Source: Aquificaceae bacterium
GTDB lineage: Bacteria > Aquificota > Aquificia > Aquificales > Aquificaceae
Direction of reading: 5' to 3'
NCBI GenBank assembly: GCA_037925075.1
Contig: JAXSNR010000001.1
Span: forward strand, 64,001-128,000
DNA: 64,000 nucleotides
Shown here one piece after another: positions 19,617 to 30,021 of the stretch (the first letter of the stretch is position 1; the number at the start of each line of letters is the position of its first letter). Made by a program: the position numbers and the translations under genes. Under the pieces are notes generated by a model. It ran no database searches. It worked only from the letters and a program-made list of their open reading frames with translations, and was not told the DNA's origin.

Positions 19617-20366
19617 ATGTTTCAGATTGACCTGTCGGGTAAAAAAGCTCTCATAACGGGCTCCACCAGAGGAATAGGAAAAGCCATAGCGGAATTCCTT
19701 GCAATGTCTGGGGCAAGTGTGATAATAACGGGAAGAGACCAAAGCAAGGCGGAGGAGGTGGCAACCAGTATAGCCAAAAGCCACAAGGTGGAAGCCCTTG
19801 GCATCGCCATGGACCTATCTGACAAAGACTCCATAAGCTCAGCCTATGAGAAGATAGAATCGGTTTTTGGTGGTGTGGACATACTCATAAACAACGCAGG
19901 CATAACAAGGGATAAGCTCTTTTTGAGGATGTCCCTTGAGGATTGGGAGGAGGTCCTGAGGGTGAACCTCACGGGCACCTTTCTGATAACCTCCCTTGCG
20001 GTAAAGGGCATGTTAAAGAAGAGATGGGGTAGGATAGTAAACCTGTCCTCTGTGGTGGGCTTTACGGGTAATGTGGGGCAGGTGAACTACTCTTCAACCA
20101 AGTCCGCCCTTCTTGGCTTTACAAAAAGCCTCGCCAAAGAGCTGGCAAGCAGAAACATAACTGTCAATGCGGTAGCCCCGGGCTTTATAGAAACGGACAT
20201 GACCTCGGTGCTCAGCGAAGACCTAAAGCAGGCTTATCTCAAAAACATACCTCTGGGTAGATTTGGAAAGCCCGAGGATGTGGCGGGTGTGGTGCTTTTC
20301 CTATGTTCGGAGTATGCCAGCTACATAACCGGTCAAGTCCTGCACGTAAACGGCGGTATGTATTAA
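19617..20366 (+). CDS. fabG: 3-oxoacyl-ACP reductase
   Basis: TGSTRGIG, NNAGITRD, YSSTK, VAPGFIETDMT. Confidence 0.93.
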   Translation: MFQIDLSGKKALITGSTRGIGKAIAEFLAMSGASVIITGRDQSKAEEVATSIAKSHKVEALGIAMDLSDKDSISSAYEKIESVFGGVDILINNAGITRDKLFLRMSLEDWEEVLRVNLTGTFLITSLAVKGMLKKRWGRIVNLSSVVGFTGNVGQVNYSSTKSALLGFTKSLAKELASRNITVNAVAPGFIETDMTSVLSEDLKQAYLKNIPLGRFGKPEDVAGVVLFLCSEYASYITGQVLHVNGGMY

Positions 20367-20376
20367 CTTTTCTTTT

Positions 20377-20865
20377 ATGCCCCTTTGCTACATAGCCATT
20401 GGAAGCAACTTAGAGGACAGGCTCTTTTACATAAATAAGGCTTTGGAGCTTCTCAAAGACTACGGCCGGATAAGAAAGGTATCCACTCTATACATTAGCA
20501 AACCATGGGGCAAGGTAAATCAGCCTGATTTTCTAAACGGTGTGGTTGAATTTGAGACAAGACTTGGACCTATAAGCCTTCTTAAGGTTTTAAAGGAAAT
20601 AGAAAAGAAAACGGGCAGAAAACCGAGAGAAAGATGGGGACCAAGGGAGATTGACCTTGACATACTCTTGTATGAGAATCATGTCCTTATGCTCAGCTTT
20701 CTTAGAATTCCGCACCTCCACCTTACAGAGAGGGACTTTTTTCTCTTTCCGCTCCTTGAACTGAACCCTGACCTTGTACATCCCTTACACAAGACCAAGC
20801 TTGAAGAATACGCAAAGAAGCTTGAAAACCACCTTGTGCCCTTTGCATGCCTTTTACCATTTTAG
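20377..20865 (+). CDS. folK: 2-amino-4-hydroxy-6-hydroxymethyldihydropteridine diphosphokinase
   Basis: IGSNL, FLNGV, RWGPREIDLDILL. Confidence 0.95.
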   Translation: MPLCYIAIGSNLEDRLFYINKALELLKDYGRIRKVSTLYISKPWGKVNQPDFLNGVVEFETRLGPISLLKVLKEIEKKTGRKPRERWGPREIDLDILLYENHVLMLSFLRIPHLHLTERDFFLFPLLELNPDLVHPLHKTKLEEYAKKLENHLVPFACLLPF

Positions 20866-21882
20866 CTCGCTTCTTTTGGTGTAGGTTTGTGGCTTTGCTT
20901 GGAAGAAGTCCGTCTTTGTGTCGTTTATGCTCCTAAACTGGTCAATCCACTTCATGGGGTTATCCGTCACCTCAGGATACAAGGGCTTAAAGCCAAGTTG
21001 GGTAAGCCTTAGGTTAGAAAGATACTTTATGTACCTATCTATGAGGTAGTCGTTAAGACCAAGTATCTGGTTCTGGGTGACATACTTGCCCCACTCTATT
21101 TCCTTTTCCGTGGCAAATCTAAAAAACTCATACACCCACCTTTCTATCTCTGGTGTGAAAAGCTCTTGCTGTTCTTCCTTTAACGTCAGGATGATGTTTC
21201 TAAAGAGGGTCACGTGGGTTAGCTCATCTCTGTTGATGTACTTGATCTGCTGGACCGTGTTTCTTACCTTTCCTTGTCTTCCAAGGGTGTAAAAGAAGGC
21301 AAAGCCTGAGTAAAAGTAAAGGCTTTCAAGCACGTAGTTGCCAAAAACCGCCTTTATGAAGTTATCCTCCGTAGGATTTCTTATAAACTCGTTGTACAGC
21401 TCCGCAACGACCCTGTTTCTTTCCATCAGCACAGGGTCCTGCCTCCAGTAGTTGTATATTTCATCGGCAACCCTCGGGTCCACCACGCTTTCAAGGATGA
21501 ACTGATATGAGTAGCTATGCAAGGCTTCCTGAAACTCCTGAGAGGTAAGAGCCATCACAAGCTCCGGTGCGGTTATGTACCTTGCAAACTCCTTAAGCAT
21601 GTTTACCTGATAGGAGTCAAGGGCTATAAGGAAGGAAAGAACCATCTCGTAAGCCCTTTTTTCGTACTCGGAAAGCTCTTTTTCATACTGCTTTCTGTCT
21701 TCGTGCATGGATATCTCTTCCGGTATCCAAAAGTTGGTAAAGCCCATGGTCTTATAAAGGTCAAAAGCCCACTGATACTTGACGCTGTTTAGCTCCATTA
21801 TGTTGGTTGGATTGCCAAAGGCTATTTTTCTCTTAGAAGGTTCTCTATCGCCCTCAGGGTTAAAGATTATAGTCCTTTCCAT
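20854..21882 (-). CDS. nrdB: Class I ribonucleotide reductase beta subunit
   Basis: FWIPEE, QEALHSYSY, ESLYFYSGF, RDELTH, TDFF. Confidence 0.95.
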   Translation of the reverse strand: MERTIIFNPEGDREPSKRKIAFGNPTNIMELNSVKYQWAFDLYKTMGFTNFWIPEEISMHEDRKQYEKELSEYEKRAYEMVLSFLIALDSYQVNMLKEFARYITAPELVMALTSQEFQEALHSYSYQFILESVVDPRVADEIYNYWRQDPVLMERNRVVAELYNEFIRNPTEDNFIKAVFGNYVLESLYFYSGFAFFYTLGRQGKVRNTVQQIKYINRDELTHVTLFRNIILTLKEEQQELFTPEIERWVYEFFRFATEKEIEWGKYVTQNQILGLNDYLIDRYIKYLSNLRLTQLGFKPLYPEVTDNPMKWIDQFRSINDTKTDFFQAKPQTYTKRSELKW

Positions 21883-21893
21883 CTTCTACCTCC

Positions 21894-24185
21894 TTAGGTG
21901 GAACAGCTTTCACACTCTTCAATATCTGTCATGGACTTGCTTCTTGTGTAGTACATGGTCTTTAAGCCCAACTCCCAAGCAAGCTCGTAAAGCCTTGAAA
22001 GCTTGGGACCATCTATATTCTCCGGGTCTATGAAGAGGTTAAGGGACTGTGCTTGGTCTATCCACCTTTGCCTTACCGCACCAGCTTTTATTATCCACTC
22101 TTGGTCTATACTGTATGCACTTTTGTAATGCCAAAAGTATTTGTCAATCTCCGGTGGCACCTGCGGAAGTATGCCGGACATGTTCTCTTCCTTGTAATAC
22201 TTGGCGAATATGGGGTCTACCGAAGGGGTTGCACCCACTATGAGAGAAGTGGAGCCTGTGGGCATTACCGCAATAAGGTACGCGTTTCTCATGCCGTGCC
22301 TTTTGACCTCTTCCGCAAGACCAACCCAGTCAAAACCGTTTTTAGAAATCCTCGTGTTCTCCTCCGCGGTCCTACCAAAGAAGATACCCTTGCTCCAGTC
22401 GGAGCCTTCAAAGAGCTCATACCTTCCCCTTTCCTTTGCCAACTGCATGGAACCTTTTATAGCATAGTAGGCTATCCTTTCAAAGAGGGCTTCCGCAAAC
22501 TCAAGGTGCTCTTCTGACTCCCATTGGATACCGTGCTTAACAAGGCAGTAGTGGTAGTTGCTCACCCCTATGCCTATGGACCTGTACCTTTTGTTTGTCC
22601 ATTCTGCCTCCTTTATGGCATAGAAGTTTATGCTTATCACATTGTCCAACACCCTCACCAACAGTGGCACAACCCTTTCCATATCCTCCTTTGTGTAGAC
22701 CTTTCCCAAGTTTATGGAGCCAAGATTACACACTACCACATCGCCAGCCTTCTTTCTGTGGATTATGGTACCATCTTCTTGTAGAGTATCTTCCATGTGT
22801 AGAGTAGTGGACATGTTTTGGACAATCTCATGGCAAAGGTTGGAACTATATACCATACCACAGTGTTTATTAGGATTTAGACGGTTGGCGGTGTCTCTAA
22901 AAAAGATATAGGGCTCTCCAGTTTCAAAGATCACGGTCAAAAGCCTCTTCCACAGTTCAAAGGCATCCACTTGCTTTTTTGCATAATCTGGTAGCTCCTT
23001 TTCCAGCCGGAGGTAAAGTTCTTCAAACTCCTCTCCGTAAAAATCTTCAAGGTTTTTCCCATCCTTTACAGCCTTACAGTAATAGGGGTCAAAAAGCGTC
23101 CATTTCTCCCTTGCTTTGAGCCTTTTCATAAAGAGGTCTGGAATGGCTATTGCGGGATGTATGTCATGGGCTTTTTTTCTTTCGTCCCCCACATTGGTTT
23201 TCACCTCAAGAAAATCCAAAACATCCTTGTGCCATATATCAAGGGTTATGGAAGCAGAACCTTTCCTCATACCAAGCTGGTCCACGTATATCATCACATC
23301 GTTGAGTATCTTCACCACAGGGAGAACTCCAGAGCTTGCACCTTTGAACTTCCTTATGGGTGCACCCGTTGCCCTTATTTTACCCAAGTATATGCCAAGA
23401 CCACCTGCAAACTTGGAAATCTGCCCAGCCTTCTGCACGTTGTCGAAGATGTCATAAAGGTCGTCATCCACCGTGAGGACAAAGCAGGAGCTAAGCTGAG
23501 TGTGGGTCCTGCGGGCGTTCATAAGGGTGGGGGTTGCCAAGGATATCTCGTGCTTGCTCATAAGGTCATAAAAAAGCTTTGCATAACCAAGCCTCTCTTC
23601 CTTTTTCTCTGGAAGGGCAAGGGTCATGGCTATAAGCATATACATCTCCTGAGGTAGCTCTAGTATGTTTCCGTCCTCATCTCTGACCAAATATCTATCT
23701 GCGAGCACCTTTATACCCGTGTAGTTAAAAAGCAGGTCCCTGTCAGGGTCTATATACCTTGCCATCTGACTGAAGTCCTCTTCCGTGTACTCTTTGAGGA
23801 GGTACTCTCCATATATACCCTTTTCCGCATAGGTTTTTACCAGCTTGTAAAAGCTATCTGGGTTGTATGGTTTGTATTTTCCGTTTATTTTGTCCTTTAC
23901 CTCATAGCCCCTGAGATGCCCAACGTCCTTGTAAAGGTCATAAAGAAGCAATCTTGCCGCCACGTATTGCCACTGGGGTGTTTGGGGTGATACCTTCTCC
24001 GCCGCAGTCCTTATAAGGAGCTGTTGTATTTCCTTGGTACTTATCCCATCCTTGAACTGTATCTGAGCATCCAATTCAAGCTCCATAGGGTCCACATCTA
24101 TACCTGCACAGGCAAAGTCTATTACTATGCGTATCTTAGATATGTCCAAAGACTCCTTTTTTCCGCTCCTTTTGAGAACTTGCAT
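21894..24185 (-). CDS. nrdA: Class I ribonucleotide reductase alpha subunit with ATP-cone
   Basis: VLKRSG ATP-cone, ATPTLMN, SSCF, SNLCHEI, CNLGS, MPTGSTS, YY, C-terminal CESC. Confidence 0.96.
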   Translation of the reverse strand: MQVLKRSGKKESLDISKIRIVIDFACAGIDVDPMELELDAQIQFKDGISTKEIQQLLIRTAAEKVSPQTPQWQYVAARLLLYDLYKDVGHLRGYEVKDKINGKYKPYNPDSFYKLVKTYAEKGIYGEYLLKEYTEEDFSQMARYIDPDRDLLFNYTGIKVLADRYLVRDEDGNILELPQEMYMLIAMTLALPEKKEERLGYAKLFYDLMSKHEISLATPTLMNARRTHTQLSSCFVLTVDDDLYDIFDNVQKAGQISKFAGGLGIYLGKIRATGAPIRKFKGASSGVLPVVKILNDVMIYVDQLGMRKGSASITLDIWHKDVLDFLEVKTNVGDERKKAHDIHPAIAIPDLFMKRLKAREKWTLFDPYYCKAVKDGKNLEDFYGEEFEELYLRLEKELPDYAKKQVDAFELWKRLLTVIFETGEPYIFFRDTANRLNPNKHCGMVYSSNLCHEIVQNMSTTLHMEDTLQEDGTIIHRKKAGDVVVCNLGSINLGKVYTKEDMERVVPLLVRVLDNVISINFYAIKEAEWTNKRYRSIGIGVSNYHYCLVKHGIQWESEEHLEFAEALFERIAYYAIKGSMQLAKERGRYELFEGSDWSKGIFFGRTAEENTRISKNGFDWVGLAEEVKRHGMRNAYLIAVMPTGSTSLIVGATPSVDPIFAKYYKEENMSGILPQVPPEIDKYFWHYKSAYSIDQEWIIKAGAVRQRWIDQAQSLNLFIDPENIDGPKLSRLYELAWELGLKTMYYTRSKSMTDIEECESCST

Positions 24186-24324
24186 GAGCTTACCTCCTTT
24201 TCTTATGTTTTTAGTTTATGTTCATCCACATCCTTGTGGCAAGTTCAAGAGGTCCTTGAAAAGCCATGACTTTGGCCCCTATTCTACTTAGTATGGCTTC
24301 TTCCATAAAAAACACTCCTGAAGG

Positions 24325-25575
24325 CTACTCCATCTTCAGATGGGCTATCGCCTCAATGTGGTAGGTATTGGGAAAGTTATCCACCATTCTTACACTGATA
24401 GGCTTGTAGCCACCTTTTACCAAGACCTTTAAGTCTCTTGCCAGTGTGGTGGGTTCGCAGGAGATGTAAAGGATTTCCCTTGGTTTATTCCTTAGAATCA
24501 TTTTAGCTTCACCGTTGGAAAGCCCTGACCTTGGAGGGTCAAGAAAAAAAAGGTCTATAGGCTCTCCCGCATGTCTTTTGAGGGCTTCCAGACCGCTCTC
24601 GTGCTCAAAGCTCACATTGCTTACAGAATTTATCTTTGCATTGTATTCAGCATCTCTTATAGCTGACCTGTTAGTGTCGTAAGCTAAGACAAATTCTGAC
24701 CTTTCCGCCAAGAAAAGGCTAAAAAATCCTATACCGCAGTGTAGCTCGAGAACACGATTGAGCATTTCCTTTGGAAGAGTAGAACCTACAAAGGAGCCCC
24801 ACAGAAAATGGTTAACCTGAATAAAGGAGTCCATACTTACCCTGTATCTGTAAGGACCAACCTTTACAAAGGTAAAATCCCTACCAAGGCTATAGAGTCT
24901 CTGGTCTTTGTATAGACCCACACCCACTACCTTCTTGGGAAGAATAGCTTCTATTAGCCTTCTGAGTTTGTCTTTGGGAAAACTTTTTTCTGAGTAAAGC
25001 TTTAAAAGAAATTCTCCTTCATGAGGAGAATAAAGCACGTGTATCTCCTTTAAACCATCTATCTTTTTTACAATCTCTTTGAGAGAGGGAATTAGATCAT
25101 TGATGGCTGGGTGGACAACAAGGCACTCCTTAACTTCAACTATCTTATGGCTTCTTCTTTCAAAAAATCCCAACTTTCCCTCGGAAGCCTTAAACTGAAC
25201 CCTAACCCTGTACCCAAACTCTTCAGAAGACAGGGAAGGTTCAAGACTTTTCAGCTCTAACTTACCTATCCTACTTAGGGTTTCAAGAAGTATCTCCTCC
25301 TTTGACTTTATCTGAGCGGGATAGTCCATATGTTGAAGTTGGCATCCTCCACAGATTCCAAAGTATGGACAAGGTGGTTCTCTCCTCGCGGAGGAGGGCA
25401 TTATCACCCTCTTTACCCTTGCAAGAAGGTAGTCTTTCTTCTCCTGAAAGGTCTGAACCTCTACTATTTCACCGGGAAGTGCGTAATCCACAAGGACGCT
25501 TTTTCCTTCCCTCTGGGCAAAGCCGTAGCCACCGTAGACGAGCTTTTTTATGTACAGACCCTCTTGTGAGTTCAT
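24325..25575 (-). CDS. rlmD: 23S rRNA (uracil-5)-methyltransferase RlmD/TrmA family
   Basis: TRAM domain, CPYFGICGGCQLQH Fe-S motif, FIQVN, DPPRSG, YISCEPTTLARD. Confidence 0.85.
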   Translation of the reverse strand: MNSQEGLYIKKLVYGGYGFAQREGKSVLVDYALPGEIVEVQTFQEKKDYLLARVKRVIMPSSARREPPCPYFGICGGCQLQHMDYPAQIKSKEEILLETLSRIGKLELKSLEPSLSSEEFGYRVRVQFKASEGKLGFFERRSHKIVEVKECLVVHPAINDLIPSLKEIVKKIDGLKEIHVLYSPHEGEFLLKLYSEKSFPKDKLRRLIEAILPKKVVGVGLYKDQRLYSLGRDFTFVKVGPYRYRVSMDSFIQVNHFLWGSFVGSTLPKEMLNRVLELHCGIGFFSLFLAERSEFVLAYDTNRSAIRDAEYNAKINSVSNVSFEHESGLEALKRHAGEPIDLFFLDPPRSGLSNGEAKMILRNKPREILYISCEPTTLARDLKVLVKGGYKPISVRMVDNFPNTYHIEAIAHLKME

Positions 25576-26555
25576 GAGAGTCCTATAAGAGTTTGAAAGT
25601 CTTCCTCAGACATAACATCTATATGCCAGCCGGTAAGCTTGTTTGCCAACTTCACGTTTACACCATGCTTGCCTATAGCGAGAGATAGTTTTTCCTTGGG
25701 CACCGCCACCTCTGCCCTTTTGCTTTTTCTGTCAAGCCTTATTTTTGACACGGGGGCAGGAGAGAGGCTTCTCCTTATAAGCTCTTCATCATCGGAGGTC
25801 CATCTTATCACATCTATCTTCTCACCAGAAAGCTCCTCGGATATGGGAGCTATCCTTGAACCTCTTATGCCCACTATAACACCCACGGGGTCTATTTTCG
25901 AGTCCTCGGAATGTACAAGCACCTTTGCCCTCTCCCCCGGCTCTCTCACTACAGCTTTGATGACCACATCACCTCTTGCAACCTCTGGCACCTCATGCTC
26001 TATGAGCTTTTTAAGAAATTTAGGGTGAGTCCTTGACAGTATTATTTCATATCTTCCCCTTTTCTCCTTCACACTCAAAAGCAGGGCCTTAATCCTATTG
26101 CCCTGTTTGTACTCTTCTTTTCTTATCTGTTCTCTTTGTGGAAGTACTCCCACCACCTTGCCCAGGTCCACTATTACATCACCCTCTTCAGTCACCCTTC
26201 TAACTATACCGAACACTATATCCCCCTCTCTTTCAAGATATTCGAGGTATCCCCTCTCTTCCTCTGCCCTCTCAAGCTCTTTTAGAAATTCCTCCTTTGC
26301 AGCATGAGCTGCTATCCTGTTTACGTCCTCCGTTGATATATCCAAAGGAAGCTTTACCAACTCACCGTTTCTTCTTCTCACTACGCATACCCTTATTTGA
26401 TCATCCTCAAGATGTACTTCAAGGTCTTCCCTTATTCTTCTATCCTTTTTTATGGCGATGGCTATGGCGTTCTTTAGAGACTTCTCCACAATCCACTCGG
26501 GTAGGCTTTTGTCCTTTGCTACCTGCTCTATAAGCTTTTTAAGATTCTTTACCAT
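25572..26555 (-). CDS. nusA: Transcription termination/antitermination factor NusA
   Basis: S1 and KH domains; REPGERAK, IDPVG, EKIDVI, AIGKHGVNVKLA. Confidence 0.95.
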   Translation of the reverse strand: MVKNLKKLIEQVAKDKSLPEWIVEKSLKNAIAIAIKKDRRIREDLEVHLEDDQIRVCVVRRRNGELVKLPLDISTEDVNRIAAHAAKEEFLKELERAEEERGYLEYLEREGDIVFGIVRRVTEEGDVIVDLGKVVGVLPQREQIRKEEYKQGNRIKALLLSVKEKRGRYEIILSRTHPKFLKKLIEHEVPEVARGDVVIKAVVREPGERAKVLVHSEDSKIDPVGVIVGIRGSRIAPISEELSGEKIDVIRWTSDDEELIRRSLSPAPVSKIRLDRKSKRAEVAVPKEKLSLAIGKHGVNVKLANKLTGWHIDVMSEEDFQTLIGLS

Positions 26556-27022
26556 TTTTCAATCTCCAAGTTGGCTCTGGCAATAAGAGAAAGGGGAATG
26601 TGATATTCTCTACCCGTTTCCTTTTCTCTTAGTTGTAGAATACCCTCTCTGAGAGCCTCTATGTATCCTTTCATCTCCCTTTTGCCTTCTATAGGTTCTC
26701 TAAGGATAACCCTTATTAGTCTTCCTTGAAAAAACTCAAAGTGAGAAGGCTTTGTTAGCTCCCTCGTAAGCCCAGGTGAGGACACCTCAAGCACGTAAGA
26801 AACGGGCACAATATCCTCCACATCCAACAGGGCACTTATTCTCTTGCTTACCTCTTCGCAATCTCCTAAGGTTATGCCACCTTCCTTGTCCAGTATAACC
26901 CTCAACACCCATCCCCTTTCCGATTTAAACTCCACATCAAAGAGTTTATAGCCCATGTTTTTCACTATGGGCTCCACAAGCTCCTTTACTTTTTCCGCTA
27001 TTACTTTTTCCTGCAAATGCAT
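26549..27022 (-). CDS. rimP: Ribosome maturation factor RimP
   Basis: GITLGDCEEVS, YVLEVSSPGLTR; upstream of nusA; start reassigned to ATG 27022 (MHLQEKV). Confidence 0.93.
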   Translation of the reverse strand: MHLQEKVIAEKVKELVEPIVKNMGYKLFDVEFKSERGWVLRVILDKEGGITLGDCEEVSKRISALLDVEDIVPVSYVLEVSSPGLTRELTKPSHFEFFQGRLIRVILREPIEGKREMKGYIEALREGILQLREKETGREYHIPLSLIARANLEIEKW

Positions 27023-27058
27023 GGTTCTACAATTATAGCACTGTATAATGTTCTTGGT

Positions 27059-27970
27059 ATGGAGCTTGAGCTTGTGATATCGGAAGTAAGGAGGGTGCTC
27101 AGGGGGAAGGATGAAGTGGTGAAATACTCTTTCGTATGCCTTCTCTCGGGCGGGCACCTTCTTTTGGAAGATGTGCCGGGTGTAGGGAAAACTACCCTTG
27201 CCCTTTCCATGGCGAGAGTTCTTGGCTTTTCCTTTGCAAGGATCCAGTTTACGAGCGACCTTTTACCCTCTGACATACTTGGGGTGAGCGTTTATGACCA
27301 ATCAAAGAAATCCTTTGTTTTCAAAAGAGGACCCATATTTAACAACCTCATACTTGCGGATGAGATAAACAGGGCTACACCAAAAACCCAGAGTGCACTG
27401 TTAGAAGCGATGGCGGAGGGTAAGGTCTCCATTGATGGCGTAACCTACGAGCTTCCTCAGCCCTTTTTTGTGATAGCCACACAAAACCCCGTAGAACAGT
27501 ATGGTACATATCCTCTTCCAGAGTCTCAGCTTGACAGGTTTAGCATGAGGCTAAGCCTTGGATACCCAGACATGGAAACGGAAGCCCAAATACTCAGGGG
27601 AGAAAACCCCCTTGAAAAGGTTGAAAGATTAAAGCCCGTGCTAAAGCCTCAAGAAATTGTATCCACGATGGATGGTATAAAAAAGTGCTACGTATCCCCA
27701 GAGGTAGCCCACCTCGCGGTGGAAATAGCCCATGCCACAAGACAGCATCCAGATATAATCCTTGGCGTATCCACAAGGGGTCTTATACATCTTATAAACT
27801 GTGCCAAGGCGATGGCTTACACTAAGGACCGAGACTTTGTGGTTCCAGAAGACATTTTTGAACTTGCACCCCTTTGCCTTTCCCACAGGATAATAACAAG
27901 GGAAGGTGGGCAGGCGGATCAAATCATAAGGAGTGTAGTTGAAGATATAAAAACCGTCTTCAAATCTTAA
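27059..27970 (+). CDS. MoxR family AAA+ ATPase
   Basis: EDVPGVGKT, RIQFTSDLLPSD, ADEINRATPKTQSALLEAM, ATQNP; start reassigned to ATG 27059. Confidence 0.93.
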   Translation: MELELVISEVRRVLRGKDEVVKYSFVCLLSGGHLLLEDVPGVGKTTLALSMARVLGFSFARIQFTSDLLPSDILGVSVYDQSKKSFVFKRGPIFNNLILADEINRATPKTQSALLEAMAEGKVSIDGVTYELPQPFFVIATQNPVEQYGTYPLPESQLDRFSMRLSLGYPDMETEAQILRGENPLEKVERLKPVLKPQEIVSTMDGIKKCYVSPEVAHLAVEIAHATRQHPDIILGVSTRGLIHLINCAKAMAYTKDRDFVVPEDIFELAPLCLSHRIITREGGQADQIIRSVVEDIKTVFKS

Positions 27971-27983
27971 TAATTTTTTCACA

Positions 27984-28019
27984 AAAAGCGATATATAATA
28001 TAAAAGCGATATATAATAT
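27984..28019 (+). repeat. Perfect 18-bp tandem duplication containing TATAAT
   Basis: aaaagcgatatataatat x2, directly upstream of the AAGGAGG RBS of the OmpA-family gene. Confidence 0.92.
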
Positions 28020-28038
28020 AGTGTAAGGAGGTAGGAAC

Positions 28039-28698
28039 ATGAAAAAGGTAGCCTTAGCTTTAGCATTATCCTCAGGCTTTGTAATGGCCCAGGACAAGGA
28101 AAAGTCCCTTGACCCCTGCGGGAGCCCCAAGGAGTTTTACTCCAAGTATCTCTTGGACAAATGCTACAAGGGGTACTTTGATGCCATAGTGGAGAACAAA
28201 AGGCTTGCAGAGGAAGCAAGCAAGAAAGCTGATGATCTTGAGGGAAGGGTCAGAAAGCTTGAAGGCACAGCAGAAGACCACGAAAGACGCATAAGAGCCC
28301 TTGAGGGAAGACCTGCACCAACACCTGCACCCACACCAAAGAGGGAGGAAGGTGTTGGTCCATACAAGTGGCAACTTGAAGAAGTCGGGGTTGTCTACTT
28401 TGACTTTGATAAGTTCCACATAAAGTCCTCTGAAGCAAAGAAGCTTGACGAGATGGTGGAAAAGCTAAAAGGAGAAAGCAGGGAAGTTCTTGTGGTAGGC
28501 TTTGCAGATACCAGAGGAAGTAGCAAATACAACTTCAACCTATCCACGTGGAGGGCACAGATGGTAGCCAGCCATCTGGCAAGGAAGGGCGTGGATATAG
28601 GAAGGATAAGGGTGGCTTCTTACGGTAAGGAGGTGGCGGACCTTCTAGGTCCAAAACACGCACAGCAAAGAGCGGTAAGAATCTACCTTATAAAGTAA
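28039..28698 (+). CDS. OmpA-family peptidoglycan-binding protein with coiled coil and Pro-rich linker
   Basis: Signal peptide; PAPTPAPTP linker; VYFDFDK, GFADTRGS..YNFNLSTWRA. Confidence 0.88.
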   Translation: MKKVALALALSSGFVMAQDKEKSLDPCGSPKEFYSKYLLDKCYKGYFDAIVENKRLAEEASKKADDLEGRVRKLEGTAEDHERRIRALEGRPAPTPAPTPKREEGVGPYKWQLEEVGVVYFDFDKFHIKSSEAKKLDEMVEKLKGESREVLVVGFADTRGSSKYNFNLSTWRAQMVASHLARKGVDIGRIRVASYGKEVADLLGPKHAQQRAVRIYLIK

Positions 28699-29804
28699 TC
28701 CCTTAACCTTCTGGCACCCTCTTTGAGGGTGCCCCCATCCTTTGCAAAGGATATCCTTATGTATTTTTCTGTGTTGTTCTTCCCAAAATCCACACCGGGC
28801 GTAACCGCAACCTTTGCCTCCCTCAAAAGTTTCTGTGAAAGAGTGTAACCATCAATCCCGTACATTTCCACCTTTGCCCACAGATAAAAGGCTCCCTCCG
28901 GGTATGCGTCAATGTCAAAAAGGTCCTTCAGCTGTTGGTAAAGAAAATCTCTCCTTTTTCTGTAGGTATCTCTCACCTTCTCAAGATAGGCATAGTCAAA
29001 AGCTCCGAGAGCGGCGTATTGGCTCAATACGGGGGCGGATATGAAAAGGTTCTGTAGCACCAACTCCGCCTTCCTCACCAGACTATCGTCGGGAAGTACC
29101 ATCCAGCCAAGCCTAAAGCCGGGCATACAAAAAGCTTTTGAAAAGCCACTTATAACTATTGCCCTTTGGCTGAATTCAAGAGCGGTCCTTTCTTTCCTAT
29201 CATAAACCAGTCCATGGTATATCTCGTCAGATATAAAGTATTTACCTTTCTCCTCGCAGTATGCTATCAAAGATTTCAGGTTATCATCCTTATAGAGAGT
29301 GCCGGTGGGGTTTGCGGGAGAGGATATATGGACTGCACTAAAGTCCTTTATCTCCCTCAGATGGTCGGGGACTATCTGATATCCTGTACTTCTGTCCACC
29401 CTTACAAAAAGGGGGTCTATGTCAAGCACGTGGGCAAAGTTCTTGTAGCAAGGGTAAGAGGGGTCAGAAAGCACAACTCTTTCTCCTGCGTTCATAAGTA
29501 TGGCATAGGCTACAAGGAAGGCTCCCGATGTTCCAGTGGTTATAACAACCCTTGAAGGGGAAACATCAACGCCATAATACTCATAGTAGTGCTGGGCTAT
29601 ACGTCCCCTCAGCTCCCAAAGACCAAGACTGGGTGTGTAGAAGTACTTTTTTTCCTTTATAGCTCTCTCAATAGCTTCTATTACGGTAGGTGGAGGCTCA
29701 AGGTCTGGTTCACCTATTTCCATATGAACCACATCCCTTATGGCTTGGGCTTCCTTGAGAATGTCCATAACTATAAAGGGGCTTACTCTGTCAAGTCTTC
29801 CCAT
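28683..29804 (-). CDS. PLP-dependent aminotransferase class I/II (aspartate aminotransferase-like)
   Basis: IGEPD, SPANPTG, SDEIYH, GFSKAFCMPGFRLG. Confidence 0.93.
   Translation of the reverse strand: MGRLDRVSPFIVMDILKEAQAIRDVVHMEIGEPDLEPPPTVIEAIERAIKEKKYFYTPSLGLWELRGRIAQHYYEYYGVDVSPSRVVITTGTSGAFLVAYAILMNAGERVVLSDPSYPCYKNFAHVLDIDPLFVRVDRSTGYQIVPDHLREIKDFSAVHISSPANPTGTLYKDDNLKSLIAYCEEKGKYFISDEIYHGLVYDRKERTALEFSQRAIVISGFSKAFCMPGFRLGWMVLPDDSLVRKAELVLQNLFISAPVLSQYAALGAFDYAYLEKVRDTYRKRRDFLYQQLKDLFDIDAYPEGAFYLWAKVEMYGIDGYTLSQKLLREAKVAVTPGVDFGKNNTEKYIRISFAKDGGTLKEGARRLRDYFIR
28713..28733. terminator. Hairpin just downstream of the OmpA-family stop, inside the convergent CDS
   Basis: Perfect 9-bp stem ggcaccctc-ttt-gagggtgcc; no clear U-tract. 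Confidence 0.4.
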
Positions 29805-30006
29805 CTTTAATGTTTTCTAGAAAAGCATCGTAGTACAACTTACTATCAAAGGACTTGCCTTCAAGCATAGGTCTGAAAGCTTCTTTCAAGACCTCCTTTA
29901 AGAGTATGGCTTCAAACTCAATGGCAACCGCTTTTTTATCTCTTTTAAGAGTATCCATGTAATTCGTTCCTTGAATGGAAAAAAGCATTTTTCTGCTAGG
30001 CTCCAT
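29791..30006 (-). CDS. Small rod-binding (FlgJ N-terminal-like) protein
   Basis: KAVAIEFEAILLKEVLKEAFRPM...KLYYDAF resembles the FEA.F...MLK.MR rod-binding motif. Confidence 0.55.
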   Translation of the reverse strand: MEPSRKMLFSIQGTNYMDTLKRDKKAVAIEFEAILLKEVLKEAFRPMLEGKSFDSKLYYDAFLENIKDGKT

Positions 30007-30009
30007 TGC

Positions 30010-30019
30010 TAAAATTATA
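30010..30019. promoter_or_regulatory. Bidirectional -10 element TAAAATTATA
   Basis: Reverse complement of the 12996-13005 element; TAAAAT 6 nt before ATG 30022 (+) and TATAAT 7 nt before ATG 30006 (-). Confidence 0.6.
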
Positions 30020-30021
30020 AT

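Noticed and set aside
20854..24185. Intein or intron in nrdA/nrdB
   Set aside because: Both proteins are of normal length and colinear, with no splicing or homing-endonuclease motifs.
24226..24240. NrdR box upstream of nrdA
   Set aside because: The dyad has 6 nt between CAC and GTG, whereas the NrdR consensus has 8; kept only as an unassigned palindrome.
27059..27970. MoxR-vWA/DUF58 chaperone system
   Set aside because: No partner gene is adjacent; dispersed partners are unremarkable in these genomes.
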